Shown: positions 42,513 through 56,096 of the stretch, one piece after another
Position numbering within the stretch: position 1 is the first letter of the stretch
Layout of the letters: each line of letters begins with the position of its first letter
DNA from: Rhizodiscina lignyota
Taxonomy: Eukaryota
Length of the DNA: 64,000 nucleotides
Reading direction: 5' to 3'
NCBI GenBank assembly: GCA_010015805.1
Contig: ML978121.1
Span: 806,001-870,000 of the forward strand
Notes under the pieces: model-generated
The model's database searches: none
What the model was told of the DNA's origin: nothing
The model's input: the letters and a program-made list of their open reading frames with translations, nothing else
Translations under genes and position numbers: made by a program

Positions 42513-44680
42513 TTAAACTTCCTTGATCTTACATTCCCATCCCGAGCCGGCCTCAAGAAGCGGTAAACTGTGTATATCGTTAGTACCTGCTATCAACTGA
42601 CGAATGGTTAGAAAGGGAGAGCATGTACTTACCTAGCACCGAGACACCAACCCAATTCATTGCCCTTAATCTTCTTCGCGATCCTCACTTCTCTGTCAAT
42701 AGGCATCTCATAGCCGGTGTGGAGTAATGCAACCATGAAGTTCAGATCCAAACAGCTCTCGGGTCTATCCCTCAACTCTTCAAGCGCTCCGTCCACGCTA
42801 TGGAAGACATCCCAGCTTCCACTTGCTTCTCCATCACAGACGCGATGTGCCAGATCCTTCAGCTCCTGGACCGTAAAGGACTCTGGCATACCAAGCACTT
42901 GCGTGCGGTCGTAGAAATAACTGAACAGATAGACATCTTCCCTCGCGAACGTCTTCGACATCGATGGCTGGTGCACGCCATTGAAGGCGCATGGGGCGAG
43001 CTTGCATTCTGCATCCTTCTTGAGCGTCTTCTCTGCAAATGCGCGACAGAGCGCAGGGTTGCCTTCTGGAGGACCTGTCATGTTGACTGTGATGCTCTTG
43101 CCCAATGCATGGTCTTCTCCGAGCTCCAGGTCCATTTCTCTGCTCATGCCTGGGGCAATGCAAGGATTCATGACCTCTTTGCTGAGCCAGGATCGGTCTT
43201 CGCCATGCTGCTGGTGAAGATTGTCGATGACAAGCCGATGAAGATTTTCACGCGCGGACATCAAACCATAGCCCAGATAGCTATGCTGATAGAGCGTGAA
43301 CTCTCTCCCACCAAACTTGAGCTCGTACTTGTGATCCCCTTCCTCCATCTTCTCTGGCATGCCTCCATCTGGCGCTCCCTTGAACGTGGGTTCAAATACG
43401 ATCTGAGTGCTGCCGCCACCGAGATCAAAAACGGCGGCAGTGGGTGTCTTGTCAGGTCCGCCAATCTTGCCAAGCAGATAATTCGTAGTGATCCAGGCAT
43501 AGACTCCCTCATCAGTGCCCTCCATGACCTCCACGCCTCCCTTGTCAGCCGACACGAGCGGGAAGGGATATTCGTTCTCTATCCTCCTCCTGACCGCTTG
43601 TAGTATCTTGTTGCTCATCTCTGGACCCAATTTCCTCAGTCCCGCAGTTGCCTTGACCGCAATCGGTGTGCAAGCTTTCAGCTTGTCAGGCACATTCTTC
43701 ATTGCTACGTCCAAGAGAACGTCCAAACTCTTCGCCGCACCCTCCGCATCAGATTTGTAGGATGACAGACCCGAACCACCTTCCTTTTTCGCTGTTTGCT
43801 CGAAGACCTCATTTTCGAGCTCAGGGGTAGGACCGCAATTGTTGAAGCGATACACGTGGATGCGGGAGCCCGTACTACCGGCGTCGATCATGAGCGCATA
43901 TTGAATAAGCGGCTTGTTCTTGGTGTACGGGTTCGTGCATTTGTCGGTCGTGATCGACGGGTCTGTTATTGAGGCACCAGGAACGGGGGCGCCTGCACCA
44001 GTGCCTTCGCCAGCTTTTAATGGATTGTGATCTGGTAGATTTTAGCACCTTCATAAAACCACAACCTATGAACAGGATGTTGATCGAAGCCATACCACCA
44101 ACATATTTCTCGACTCTTGCCCTCTCGTTCGGTGCCAAGTACAAGAACAATAGCACAATGAAAGCAATCAACGCGCCCGCCTTGACATAACGCCCGACAT
44201 GCGCTGAGATCATCCGGCCTTGTCTTCCACTACCCTCATACACACCTCCTCCGCCTATTGAAATCGTCGGCGTGTGTCGTCCTTGCTTCTCGTAGGGGTC
44301 GCGTCGAGGGAGCAACGAGCTTGAAGCGCGGCGACGTGTTGTTCCGGACGAAGACTGTGACGAGGATTTAGAGAAGCTGAAGTATGACCAGAGACCTGGA
44401 CGGTCAACGCCCGAAGACATTGAAGGAGGAATGGTGTCGGTGGGAGGATTGTTTTACGAGTGGTCTAGCATTTGGAATCTGAGCTTGTGAGAGGGATGCA
44501 GGGGCGGGCAACGGGTGCACGCGTAAAGATTTACAGAGAGTGTCCAGATAGGATTGAAGGTAAAGACAGGTGCAGGATGGCAGTTGCAAGGTCCTGAATG
44601 TTGCTCTTTTGGACGTCCAGTTGGAAATTTTGAAAAGCCACTCAAGAGACGCTCCCTGACCCCTAAAAGACACTCACCAT
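42513..44680 (-). CDS. GDA1: Guanosine diphosphatase (GDA1/CD39 family)
   Basis: IDAGSTGSR, KATAGLR, DEGVYAW, DLGGGSTQ and GWCLGA apyrase conserved regions; type II TM anchor. Start is either ATG 44680 (ATG-only exon) or ATG 44420. Confidence 0.93.
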
Positions 44681-44989
44681 GATTAAGATCCCTGCAAACG
44701 GACTTTCAGCCTTACGGCTTGGCAGGCTAATTAAAACGCTCCAAAAACGTAGGAAGAGGCCAAACGTCACCGCCGCCACTGCCTGCTCATGGCAAAGGGA
44801 AGTGTTAAAGAACGCACACACCTGACAGCGAGCATAGATAAGTAACTCTATCTTTCACTATCTTATAAGTCTCGGTTGGCTGCTCTCACTTTCTTCCACG
44901 TTTACTTCCTTTACCTTTACGTGTCAGCTGAGTCAGTACCTTGTGCCTTGCTCTGCAGCTGTGCAGCTCCATAAACCTCGTTGGGAATC

Positions 44990-46444
44990 ATGGAGGTCCA
45001 GCTCTATGTCTACGACCTCTCTCAAGGCCTCGCTAGAGCCTTCTCGCAACAGTTTCTTGGCACCCAAATCGATGCGGTCTATCATACATCCGTAGTCTTT
45101 GGGGACGCCGAGTACTTCTTCGGCGCGGGCATCCAAACGAGCTATCCAGGGGCAACTCATCATGGCCAACCTATGGAGATCATTCCGCTGGGGAAGACGG
45201 AGATTCCGATGGAGATTGTCCTCGAGTATCTCGAGTCGTTGAAGGCAGTCTACAGCGCGGAGTCATACGACCTGTTCCTACATAACTGCAACAACTTCTC
45301 ACATGACTTCGCAATGTTCTTGGTCGGTCAAGGAATACCAAAGCATATCACGTCGTTACCCGAAAGAGTTCTCAATACACCATTCGGCCAGATGCTACGG
45401 CCTCAACTAGACAGCGCAATGAGAGGAATCACGCAAGCACCGGTTCCTCCTCCACCCTCAAGCGTTCCTCTGCATCAGCCTCAGCAGCGGACAAATGATA
45501 GAGTTAGAGATACGTCGAACCAAGCCAACAGATTCCCAGCGCTTTTCAAATATCAGAGGCCCTTTACGTACCATGCTGCGGCAGACACCCAAGAGCTCAT
45601 CAAAAAACTTGGACCTCAAGCGTCTAGCGCACTTATTCAGTCGATATTGGATTTCACATCTGTCTACAACTCCTCAACTACAGACCCTCGGGACCAACCA
45701 CTCCCGCCACTTCCAGAATTTTCTTCCTGGCTCTCCAGATCAGAAAGCCATTCTGATGCCGATACAGCCTGGGCAACATTCACCCTTCTCCGCCTTTTGT
45801 TTCGAGACAAGCGCATCACGGGCTACTTCGTCGAGCATTCAGATGCCGTTTCAGCCATCCAAAACCTTATGAAGTACGTCAGCGACTTCCCTGGTGGCCC
45901 ACCAGAGAAGCTGCGCTTGGCGGCACTGCAGACGTTATGCAATCTTTTCGACACCGATCTTAGCCATCGTATTCTAAACAGCGACATCATTGACGCTGTC
46001 ATCAAGCTCTGTACCGAAGCACTGTTGCACTCAGCAGAGGGCTTGTCTTCCACAGGAACCTTGGAACTGACAACGGCCATAGCGCTCGCGTCGGCCCGAC
46101 TAGCGTTCAACGTTACTTCGACAAACTCTCAACGCTCCGAACTCAGCCAGACTAATCAGTTTGAGCTTGCTGCCGCGGTCCTGCAGACCCTATCCCGCGA
46201 GGTGGAAGATCTTGATGCGGTTGTTGGTCTAGAGGTGTCGACTCCGCAAAACTACAAAACTCTAGAGACGCTCGTCCGAGCATTGGGTTTTTTGCTATAT
46301 GCTGCACCGAAGGAGAAGGAAATTGGCCAAGAATTACGAGACCTTGGCGAAGCTTATAGTCTTACTGGCTTACTGGATCGTGTTGAAGGTGAAGAGCGCA
46401 TGAAACCTCTAGTGAAGGATGTTAGAAGACAGGTCGGATCATGA
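44990..46444 (+). CDS. PPPDE/DeSI peptidase with C-terminal PUL-like helical domain
   Basis: VQLYVYDLS, YHTSVV (His) and HNCNNF (Cys) catalytic dyad; armadillo-like C-terminal half. Confidence 0.85.
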   Translation: MEVQLYVYDLSQGLARAFSQQFLGTQIDAVYHTSVVFGDAEYFFGAGIQTSYPGATHHGQPMEIIPLGKTEIPMEIVLEYLESLKAVYSAESYDLFLHNCNNFSHDFAMFLVGQGIPKHITSLPERVLNTPFGQMLRPQLDSAMRGITQAPVPPPPSSVPLHQPQQRTNDRVRDTSNQANRFPALFKYQRPFTYHAAADTQELIKKLGPQASSALIQSILDFTSVYNSSTTDPRDQPLPPLPEFSSWLSRSESHSDADTAWATFTLLRLLFRDKRITGYFVEHSDAVSAIQNLMKYVSDFPGGPPEKLRLAALQTLCNLFDTDLSHRILNSDIIDAVIKLCTEALLHSAEGLSSTGTLELTTAIALASARLAFNVTSTNSQRSELSQTNQFELAAAVLQTLSREVEDLDAVVGLEVSTPQNYKTLETLVRALGFLLYAAPKEKEIGQELRDLGEAYSLTGLLDRVEGEERMKPLVKDVRRQVGS

Positions 46445-46500
46445 TTATACATTAGAAATAGATTTCTTGGAGAGTTATACCTAATCACGAATATCACGTA

Positions 46501-46990
46501 TTATGTCCAGTCAGCCCAGTGATCATCATCGCCATTTGAGGTCCAATACGCCCAATCATCGAGTTCTCGGCTGTCAATTCTACTTCCGTTGTACAAGATT
46601 GGCACAGGCCCCTCCTCCTTTGGGAAGTATCCAGCCGTACAATTGTCAAATTTCATCTTGACTTGTTCCTGATCGTAGAAATGATCGTAGGTTGCGTCGA
46701 GCGCGTCGACTAGTGTTTCAACGTTTCCATCCGGATGCAGCTTCTGCCACGGCTGGACGCAAGTCGTCCCGTTACAAGTCCGGAGCACTTGTACGAGTGC
46801 GTCGAGCCGGGAGTGGACTTGGGGGATGCCGTACGTTTTGTTGGCTATCTTGATCTTGGTGCCGTTTCCCCTGCGTCAAGGAGGTTGTGCATCTGCTGAG
46901 AGTCCGTCGACATATCGTATAACTCTTGTTCAGTTACTGGACAAAGGACTGCATGTACACTAGGAGGATATTCGACATCGAGACTACATT
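46501..46990 (-). pseudogene. Arylsulfatase 3' remnant
   Basis: ELYDMSTDSQQMHNLL, then a frameshift near 46865 into RLDALVQVLRTCNGTTCVQPWQKLHPDGNV..LVDALDATYDHFY..EEGP, the typical fungal arylsulfatase C-terminus. No recognisable catalytic N-terminal part upstream. Confidence 0.75.
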
Positions 46991-48758
46991 TGATCTTGTT
47001 ACTGGTGCATGTGGAGGTGGCTTACTTCCGGAGAGCCCACAACTTCGTCCGCCACGCCCCACTCAAAGCGTCAGGGGGATTTGTACTTAAATATGGGTAC
47101 GTGGATCAACCACGCCTTCGGTCGATCTCCGCTACGGATGGCCCGGTCAGTGCCGCCCAGCTCGGTGCGGCTGACTTGGGCATCTTCAAGGGCCCACATT
47201 ACAGCTGGTACACGTCCTGAGATGCGTGGACTCTTGTAGCTTTCACCTTCTTCTTTATCTTTCAAGCTTTCAGCAAATCATACGGTAATACAAGTCCCCG
47301 TGAAATGCCTATTGCTAAATAAGCATATGCAATTGAATGTTGAGTCCCTATCCAATCTAAGCGGTCTTGTTGCGCTGAGGACGTTCACTACTGATGATAC
47401 TAGAAACGTTGAGAAGCTTCATGTTTCCAGCATTTGAAATCCTAAAGTACGCGACTGAGCTCATCGAAGCACTGGCCGAGCTTTTTGGGCGGTCGGTGAG
47501 GGAGAGATTCCCATGCCTGAATCAATGCTCCCCTAGCGCACATGTTTTACCGCTTCTGGAGGAGAACCGAGGACCTCAACATGTGGAGGAATGTTCAAGT
47601 AGCTATTAGATGCCAAGTGACGATATTTTAGCCATCTGCTGCCTTCGAATAGCGTAGGCCCAGTCCTTTGGGAACACCGTGGAAAGACCAGGAGTGGTGA
47701 GACAATGAGATTGATATGATATCTCAGAAAAGTATTGCCAGTCAGAATTAGGATGTACAAGTGCGTCGAAGGTACATTCTAAGCCAACGGAATCGGGTAC
47801 CAATCCAAGTTTGACGTAAAAGCTCCAGAAGGACGAGCTACCCGTTGATTTCGAGCTCTCAGACCGGGTGCTTCTCTAAGAGAGTACTTGAAGACATGTC
47901 TATGCAAGGGACGCACAACGGTCATTACTTGCCAGGCATTCAGGTGATGGAGTAGAGTTTCGTTCAGGGCCGAGCAATGAAGCTTTCAACAGATAGAAGA
48001 GGTAAACGCTCACACCTTATATGGAATCACCCAGAGAACAAGTTTGAACTGTATGTGGCACTTTCATGCGCGTAGCCGCGGTTGGCGATTTAGATTACGC
48101 ATCATTGTCCATGCTGGTTCGTTCAGGTTCAAACAGGGGCTTACTAGAGCTGGGCAGCTCGTACCTATTAGATACGGAAAAAGATAAATGGAGTGGGAGA
48201 TGGTTCCACTCCTGTTATGAAAGGAATGTCTAAGGTTGTGGCCTGGCTGTTGAGTTGTACGGAATACCGCCTTCAGCCGCCACGAAAATGATATGCAAGC
48301 TGATGACAAAGCCCGCGGAACGCTGAGTGATTTTGCCAATGTTTGCCCGAGGTTTCGCCACACGTACCTGCAGCGAGCCGTGTGAGAGCTATGCGAACGT
48401 TCTCTACCGCTCAGACACTCAAGCTAGCGGTAGTGCCCACCAGAGTTTGGACTTCTCGGAAACGACAGTAACGACATGGGCTTATCTCACGTAAGTCATA
48501 GGGAACACGATGCCTGATAGGTCTCAAAACAGCATAATGTCTACGGATGTGTGATCGCCCCGCGCTGCGAAGTAGCGAGCCTTAACGCCGTATCGTGGCT
48601 CCAGCTCCAGCTCCATCATGCTTTAAAATCCCAAGGCGGTGTAGCACTATTTTTTTTTCGTTTTCTTTCAAGTGAAGTCTCTCAAAGCCTTGATTCAAGT
48701 CTTTCTTCAATTTCTGCGAACGATCCTTTAGTTGTTGAACTCTGTTGCAATCTCAAAC

Positions 48759-50586
48759 ATGGCGGCAGCAAAGAATTACGAGACGCGGCTCTTCATCAAC
48801 AACGAGGTTTGTTCACAGATTCATATCTCCAATTTGGATCAATACAACTAACGAGAACTTAGTTTGTCGATGCAAAGTCCGGCCAGACTTTCTCCGTATA
48901 CGATCCTGCCGACGATTCGCTTGTTACGGACAAAGTTCAAATTGCTGGGGAAGCTGATGTTGATGCTGCGGTCGATGCTGCACATGCTGCATACAAAGGA
49001 GCTTGGGGCGCAATGACCGGTGCTGCTCGAGGGGCTTGCCTCATGAAGTTTGCTGAGCTGGTTGAACAGAAGGCAGCCGAGGTTGCACCCCTGGAGACAG
49101 TTTCCATGGGCGTGCCAGTTGCAATTGGTGGTATGCTCATGCCAATGGTCTCAGCGATATTCAAATACTATGCGGGCTGGTAAGTGGTTCTATCACTGAG
49201 ATCTGTTTATGAGCTTCTGAAGGGTGACTGTCAAGTATTGATTCTAATCTATATATCTGATTAGGGCGGACAAGATCAGTGGTGAGGCGCCTCCAACTGA
49301 TGATGGGACATATAAGATCATGCGGTACGAACCATTCGGTGTATGCGCGGGCATCGGCGCTTGGAATGCTACTCTACTATACCTTGCTGCTAAGGCCGCG
49401 CCCGCGCTGGCTGCTGGAAATACTTTCGTATTCAAAGCATCAGAATTGGCTCCACTGGCGGTTCTTGCTGTCGCGCCGCTAATCAAGGAAGCCGGCTTCC
49501 CACCTGGCACCATCAATATCATCAACGGAGACGGCAAGACTGGCGCCCTTCTGGCTTCACATATGAAAATTGGGATGATCAGCTTTACAGGCTCCGTTCC
49601 GACTGGCCGCAAGATCCAGGATGCTGCCAATAAGAGTAATATGAAGAAGGTCACGCTCGAGCTTGGTGGAAAATCGCCGTCGGTCATCTTTGATGATGCT
49701 GATATTGAGAATGCCCTGGCACAGTGCGTCAACACTATTCTACATTCGATACCACCCGTTATCAGCTAACGCTTTTTTGTAGAACTGCTCAAAGTGTAAT
49801 TATGCTGACTGGACAGGCTTGCACTGTAAGTTAGCTGGACGGTCCCCCTGACGCTGAAACGCCATATCTGATTCAATTCTTACCGCAGGCCGCTTCTCGA
49901 ACATATGTACAGGAAGGCATTGCCGACAAGTTCATAGCTGCGCTCAAGGATCGTTTTGCGGGGATGAGCGCTGCGATCGGGGATCCAAAACAACCGACAA
50001 CGATGTTCGGCCCCTTGGCCAGCAAGGGCCAATTTAACAGGGTCATGGCAATGATCGAATCTGGCAAAAAGGAGGCCACTCTTCTTACGGGTGGCACGCG
50101 CAAGGGTGACACAGGTAACTACGTCGAGCCCACGATCTTCTTGAACCCGGCGAAAGACGCCCAGATCTACAAGGAAGAAATCTTCGGCCCTGTTACCGCC
50201 GTCAAGACATTCAAGACCGAAGAAGAGGCGATTGAGATGGCCAATGACACACAATACGGTCTCGCAGGTAAGGGGAGCGATTGTGTTGAGTAACGTCTGA
50301 GCGATATCTGTGACTGACAATCTGCACAGCCTGCGTCTACACATCATCTGTGAGCCGTGCGTTGCGAGTCTCCTCGAAACTTGAAGCTGGAACAGTCACT
50401 GTCAACCAAGCATTCATGCCTTCGATCTACACAGCATTTGGAGGCTACAAGCAAAGTGGCTCTGGCCGCGAAATGGGCGGCCACGGCGTCCTTGAGTATC
50501 TGCAGATGAAATCGGTGATCATCAAGTGCGTTTGATCATGTAAACCTCCTTATGACTACTAACCAAAGTGCAGTATGGCCGTCTGA
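48759..50586 (+). CDS. Aldehyde dehydrogenase
   Basis: FTGSVPTG, TLELGGKSP, GQACTAASR (catalytic Cys across an intron), EEIFGP and FGGYKQSG; six introns. Confidence 0.95.
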
Positions 50587-51965
50587 AGCATTTTCGGGCA
50601 CTGAATAGCTCGTGTCAGGGTGGCTAACTTGGGCTTCCGCGAGTAGCGACTGCCGGAGAAGAGGAAAGCCGAAGATGCATTGGTATGTATCTATCCTGTG
50701 CGGCAACGGTACTATCGTACGACAGCAGAATGGAGCAAGTAGCAATCATCAGGCGAACCATCATTGTGATGGCTTACCGCTATTTCGAAGCGAAGAATTA
50801 TGACAACCATGTTAGGAAAATAAGATTCTTTTACTAAATACTGTCTCCAGTCGTTGTTCGTCTCAACTACATACCCTTATGAGTCTGCATTTCAACGATC
50901 TCCTACCTCGCTAAGCAGTAGAAAAATGCATAAGGATCGCTCAACCAGCTTACTGCAGGTATACCTCTAACTCCATTTACGAAACCCAAAGGCGGCACGG
51001 CTCAATAATCACGGCGCCCATTCGACCACCTCTCCTCCCACTTCCTCTTGGCAACCTCCTCAACAGTAAGTTAGGCCCTGCAGCACTCCAACTTGGGTTC
51101 TTCCAAGCATACAATATTCTCCTTTATTCTATCAAGTCTTCATCAAACATCTGCTCTCTGCTCTTCACCATTTCGTCAGGGTGTCTTCAATTTCGACGTG
51201 GTAATCTAAGGTCATGGTGCGGTGGTATTGAATCGGTAGACCCCGGAGAGAACTCCGTTATCCATCTTAACATGTGTACTCTCTGGAGCGACATTGCTTG
51301 CACCTGCATGGTCGGAATCGGCGTATTCGGTTAGATCATTCGCTGATTGGAGCCAACGACGCGGGTCAGTCGTGTGTGAACAAAGCAACATAGCCTGCCA
51401 CGCTGGGAGGACTGGCCAGTCGTGGTGACTTGTTGATAGCGGGTTGCCGTTCGGTGTACGCGTGGTTACATGCCGTGAGACAGTGCGGAAGCCCGATCCC
51501 GGAATTGGAAAATTCTCATCCGCTCGTGGAGACTTGTTAGGTCGTAAACATCAGTGCCTAATTCTGCACAGATATCAAGTTTACGTAGAAGGTAGCTGTG
51601 CTGAGAGAAACTGCGGAGATGGTTGTCTAATAGGTAGTGAACCTCCGACTGGTTTTCTAAGCACATCAATGCAGTGATCGTGACCAGGCCCAAAACGCCG
51701 GGAAATAATACTGACTTCTCTGCTGTGGACATGAGTTACCCGGTTACTGGACCTTCAGATCTTGATGTCTATGAGAATCTGCAGTTTTCAAGACTTTGAC
51801 GGGGAAGGCCATCCTTGGATTCCCACGTTAAGCGGAGTCTATGAAATACGGGATTAGCAGGCTACCATGTCGTAGAGTACCACAAATTTGGAGATCTTCA
51901 ATCGCACATAACGTTGCATCAAATATCGGCACAGTGCTGCAAGTGGCCCCAGAGAAAATCCGAAA

Positions 51966-52022
51966 TTATCCGATGTCGGAGATTTACGTTATCATTATCA
52001 GATTCAAGTTATCAATCTTATC
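51966..52022 (-). promoter_or_regulatory. GATA-box cluster including an SreA-type ATCWGATAA iron-repression element
   Basis: Five TTATC at 51966, 51989, 51995, 52009 and 52018. TTATCAGAT (51995-52003) is ATCTGATAA on the minus strand. Lies upstream of the ferric reductase. Confidence 0.65.
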
Positions 52023-52741
52023 AATGCCAAGCCACTAAATCGCCCGTCCACATACCTGCTTGGAGATTCCCTGCCCTGCCTTTTCTATTCGAGCAGGAGG
52101 CAAACTTCCTCCAAGTGTTGATCAAGCAATTTCTGAAGCAGGCCCGCCGATCATTAGCTGTCTGTTGGCGATCCAGAACAGTTGACTATATTACCATATC
52201 TTGAAGAGAGTTTGAACGATATGGAATGATGCAAGTACGTAAGTGAGTCTCTCCAAAGTATGATATTTTACCAGCCTGTTGAGTATATAGCGGGTCCTGC
52301 AGAAGAGCTCCGGGATATTGCAAATCCCAGAGTGCTTGGGCCGCGACGATGGTATCCCATGATTTCAATAAGCATGCAGAACCAACGCTTAAGACGCCGA
52401 AGCATGGCACGCCATGCATACTGCCTGTACTGGCCGGAGCCGTATCTTTCGCCCTTTGGGTGTGAGCCTTTGATTGTACCCAGGATGCAAAGCATAAGAG
52501 CGACTATGGATATACTGTAGCCGGGTTTCCTGCGAGCAGGTCAACAACCCGTGAAAAATTTTCCAGGCCACACTCAAGTTAGACATTTGCTCCGGATCAC
52601 TGGGTCATGGATCGGAAGTCTTTCGGAAGGCTCAATCAAGACGTTTCTTTTGCTGTTGGTAGGTACCTATATGTCATTCAAAGACTCTCCTTGGATCTTA
52701 TCTGATATTCCTTTCTTGTACGTCTTGAGTGGCTCTCCAAA

Positions 52742-55361
52742 ATGCTGCTCTACGGGGTTCTTCTGCTTTCTGGCTTCTATAGAATTTCATCTGTGAATGC
52801 TTTAACGAAAAATCAAGAATGTTTCGATACTTGTTTTGAGGCAATTTCTTATGTTCCTTTCGCGAAAGATGATCCGGATAATAACTACTATTCCACATGC
52901 CAGTACCCACCAAAGGTCCTCTCGATGTATGCCGCAGCAACGAAATACTGTACATCGAAGGAGATTGACGCCGGCATTACGCTCCTCTCACAGTACTGCG
53001 ATGAGTACGGCGATGGAATTCAGCTCCTTCCACTCAAAGATTTCCAACAGAACCTCACATCGGCATACATCCAACGACTGCCAGTCCTGGATCTAGATAA
53101 AGCAATGGCAACGGAGACACCTTATAGTACACCGATCATGCTTTCTCAGTCTTTCTTCGATATTATGTACAAGACAGTCACTGTGGGGGACTACGAGCCG
53201 TGGACTGACACTACATATGGGTTTGTGATACTTGGGAAGCACTCTTGCGGGATGCTGACATTACACAGTTTTGCTATGTATGGATTCTGGGGTTCGATCC
53301 TTCTCATTGGCATCGTCGGCAACATTGTCAACGCTCTGTCTTCTCGCAGCATGAGACAGAGAAGTAAAGACTCCGAGAGTCTCTCTTCTACGAAAGCTCG
53401 GTCTTACGACATCTTCAGCCGTATTCGAGACCCTATAAACAAGCACTTGGTGTTGCCACTCGCATTTGGCAGTCATCACCAGCGTCTCCTTTACGGATGC
53501 ACTGTTCCTACTCGAATTGTTGGACTTGTCGTCATTGCATATTGGTCACTTAGTCTCATCCTTTGCGCCGTCAACTATCGTACATTTCTCGGGAATGTTT
53601 AGTGAGTCGGCTGCACTATTCATGCTCCTTTCATGATTAGGCACCAAACTGACATTGTACAGTTACCCCGATATGTATGAACAGATATTACGGTATCTTG
53701 CCAATCGCACAGGCGTCATGGCTTTTTCGAACCTCCCGTGGCTTTGGATGTTCGCTGGAAGGAACAATATCTTCATCTGGGCCACCGGATGGAGCTTTTC
53801 AACTTTCAACGTCTTCCATCGTATTGTCGCCAGGGTTGCTATCATTGAAGCCATTGTCCATGCGAGTTGTTATACTGCAATGTACATGAAAGGTATAGTG
53901 TTCGATGCCGCCGAGCAGAGCTGATGCTGACTTCTCGTATAGATGACATTTATACTACTCATTATACTAAAGCTTGGTTCACCATGGGTGTTGTCGTACG
54001 TGCGGCCAATGCCCCATAAACTCATTATCACTGATTCAACGCAGGCATTAGTACTCATGTGTTTCATTCTACTCACTTCGACAATCTTACTGCGCAGGAA
54101 GGCCTACGAGCTCTTTTTGATTCTGCATATCCTAATGGCGGTGGCAGTCATTGTGAGCTTATTCTAGTATGTCATATTCCCCGTTCCATGGGAGCACTAT
54201 TGCTAATGTCTCGCCAGCCACTTGTCGCACTATGATGGTGAATACAACCCGTATCTCTGGCCGCTTGTTGCTATATGGGGTTTCGACAGGACTCTGCGTC
54301 TCATTAGGCTTGTATATTGCAACATCCGCGTTAAATTCAGTCAACGGATCTTCAAGACAACCGAGGCTATGGCTACGTACAACCCGGACTCGGATGTAAT
54401 CACTCTTGAGGTCACCCCTGGTTCGTCAATGCTCAAACCAAAGCCAGGTCAGCACTTTTTCTTGTACCAACCCTTCAGCCTGAAAGGATGGGAGAATCAC
54501 CCGTTTACTTTGGGAGCATGGAGATATCCAGGAGACATGGAACCAGTAACAAACAAATCCGGCAATGTTTTCTTTGACAAAGGCATCGAAGATTCAATCT
54601 CCACAACTGCCCGCCAGTTGCCCACAGAGGCTAGCTCTACAGCTACAGATTCGAAGGACAATCTTGTCACCGACCTTCATTTGACCTTCTGGATCCGACC
54701 TTTTGACGGCTGGACTCGTCAGCTCCGCAACAAGTGCAAATCCTCTGTTGAGGGACGATCCTGTGCGAAACTCCTGATCGAAGGTCCGTACGGTGAATCT
54801 GCGCCGCTGCAGGATTTCGAGGCAGTTCTGCTCATTGCTGGTGGAACTGGTGTCTCTGCTATCAATCCATACTTGCAAAATCATCTACGGCAGCTGAGGT
54901 CGAACCAGTCAGTTCGCACTCGAGCCATGCACGTCGTGCTATCCGCTAGGAAGGAAGCATTCATCGACGATCTTTGCCAGAAAGAACTGCGGTCTGCTCT
55001 GTGCAGTGAAGACGTTCATTTGGAATTCTTTTCAACAACCGAGGGCACACAGAGCGATGGGACGGTCGACGTGCCTTCGATTATTCCCACATCACCCGTT
55101 TCCGTTGACTCCGTCGACAAGCAATACGAATCGAGTTCCGGAAGGGAGGTCTCTCCGATGACGATACATCACCGAAGGCCTGATATCGCGTCCATGATCC
55201 TTCAATTCGCGCGAATGAACGACGCTCCTGGAACATATGAGCGAACGGCCGTTCTGGTTTGCGGTCCAGCTGGCATGGCAGATGACGCGCGGTCCGCAGT
55301 TCTGAAGGCCTTGAAGCAGGGTCTGCGTGTCGACTACTTTGAGGAAACCTACGGGTGGTGA
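52742..55361 (+). CDS. Ferric/cupric reductase transmembrane component (FRE family)
   Basis: Signal peptide, FAGRNN, FHR..H, YELFLILHI, ENHPFT, EGPYG, AGGTG, CGP and EETYGW; five introns. Confidence 0.93.
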
Positions 55362-56096
55362 ACGGTCATAAATGAGGGCGGCCGTCCCAGTGGAGTGGAA
55401 GTTCTCTTTTTCTCAGGAGTCAGCCTAGTGACGTTATTCTAGTTGCGGCTCTGTCATAGACTTCTGTGGAAACTAGCTGCCAGAGCGGGTCACTCTCTAT
55501 GGTTTCCTCATAGATGGTTCATGAATGTACAAAATTCATAGAAAAGGCTAAATGAAAACAATTTGAGGTTGAAGGGTGCTACAATAAGGTTTGACGCCTT
55601 CGGGAGTCTAGCTTCGTTTGGCTTAGTCGATTTTGTGGAGATCCACGGCCATTAACATCCACCGTTACCCATTCTGGTCGTCTGAACATCTTCACTCTAC
55701 GTACATATGCCCCCGACAGGACGAGGAACTTTCTAATCGCAGCTACAATGCCGAGCTGCGTCCCCACCTTGTCTCAGCTCAGACGGAAAGGCTCGCTCGC
55801 GAAGTTTGGGCCATCCGAAAGCCAGTCCCCATTTGGCCGACTACCCTTTTCGTTGCATTTACGCGTTATCCCACGATCGGACAAATGATTGTGGAGCCCA
55901 GCAGAATGGGCCTGGCCATGAGTGCTAGAGAGCTCCGTTGACGAGGTTGCGTCAAGTATATAATCTCTTGTGTCCCATTTTATCTTCGACTCCTCCATAT
56001 ATTCTCCAACGCATGTAAACTCCAAGACACGCCCTTTTTCTTAACTCTGTTCAACGTGTAAGGTTTTTGCTAAAGCCGGGGAATATTTTATGCAGC

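Noticed and set aside
51590..51780. CTGAGA...TGAACC resembling a TPP riboswitch core
   Set aside because: The P2/P4/P5 pairings and conserved downstream segment are missing, and it is not in an intron of a thiamine-related gene.
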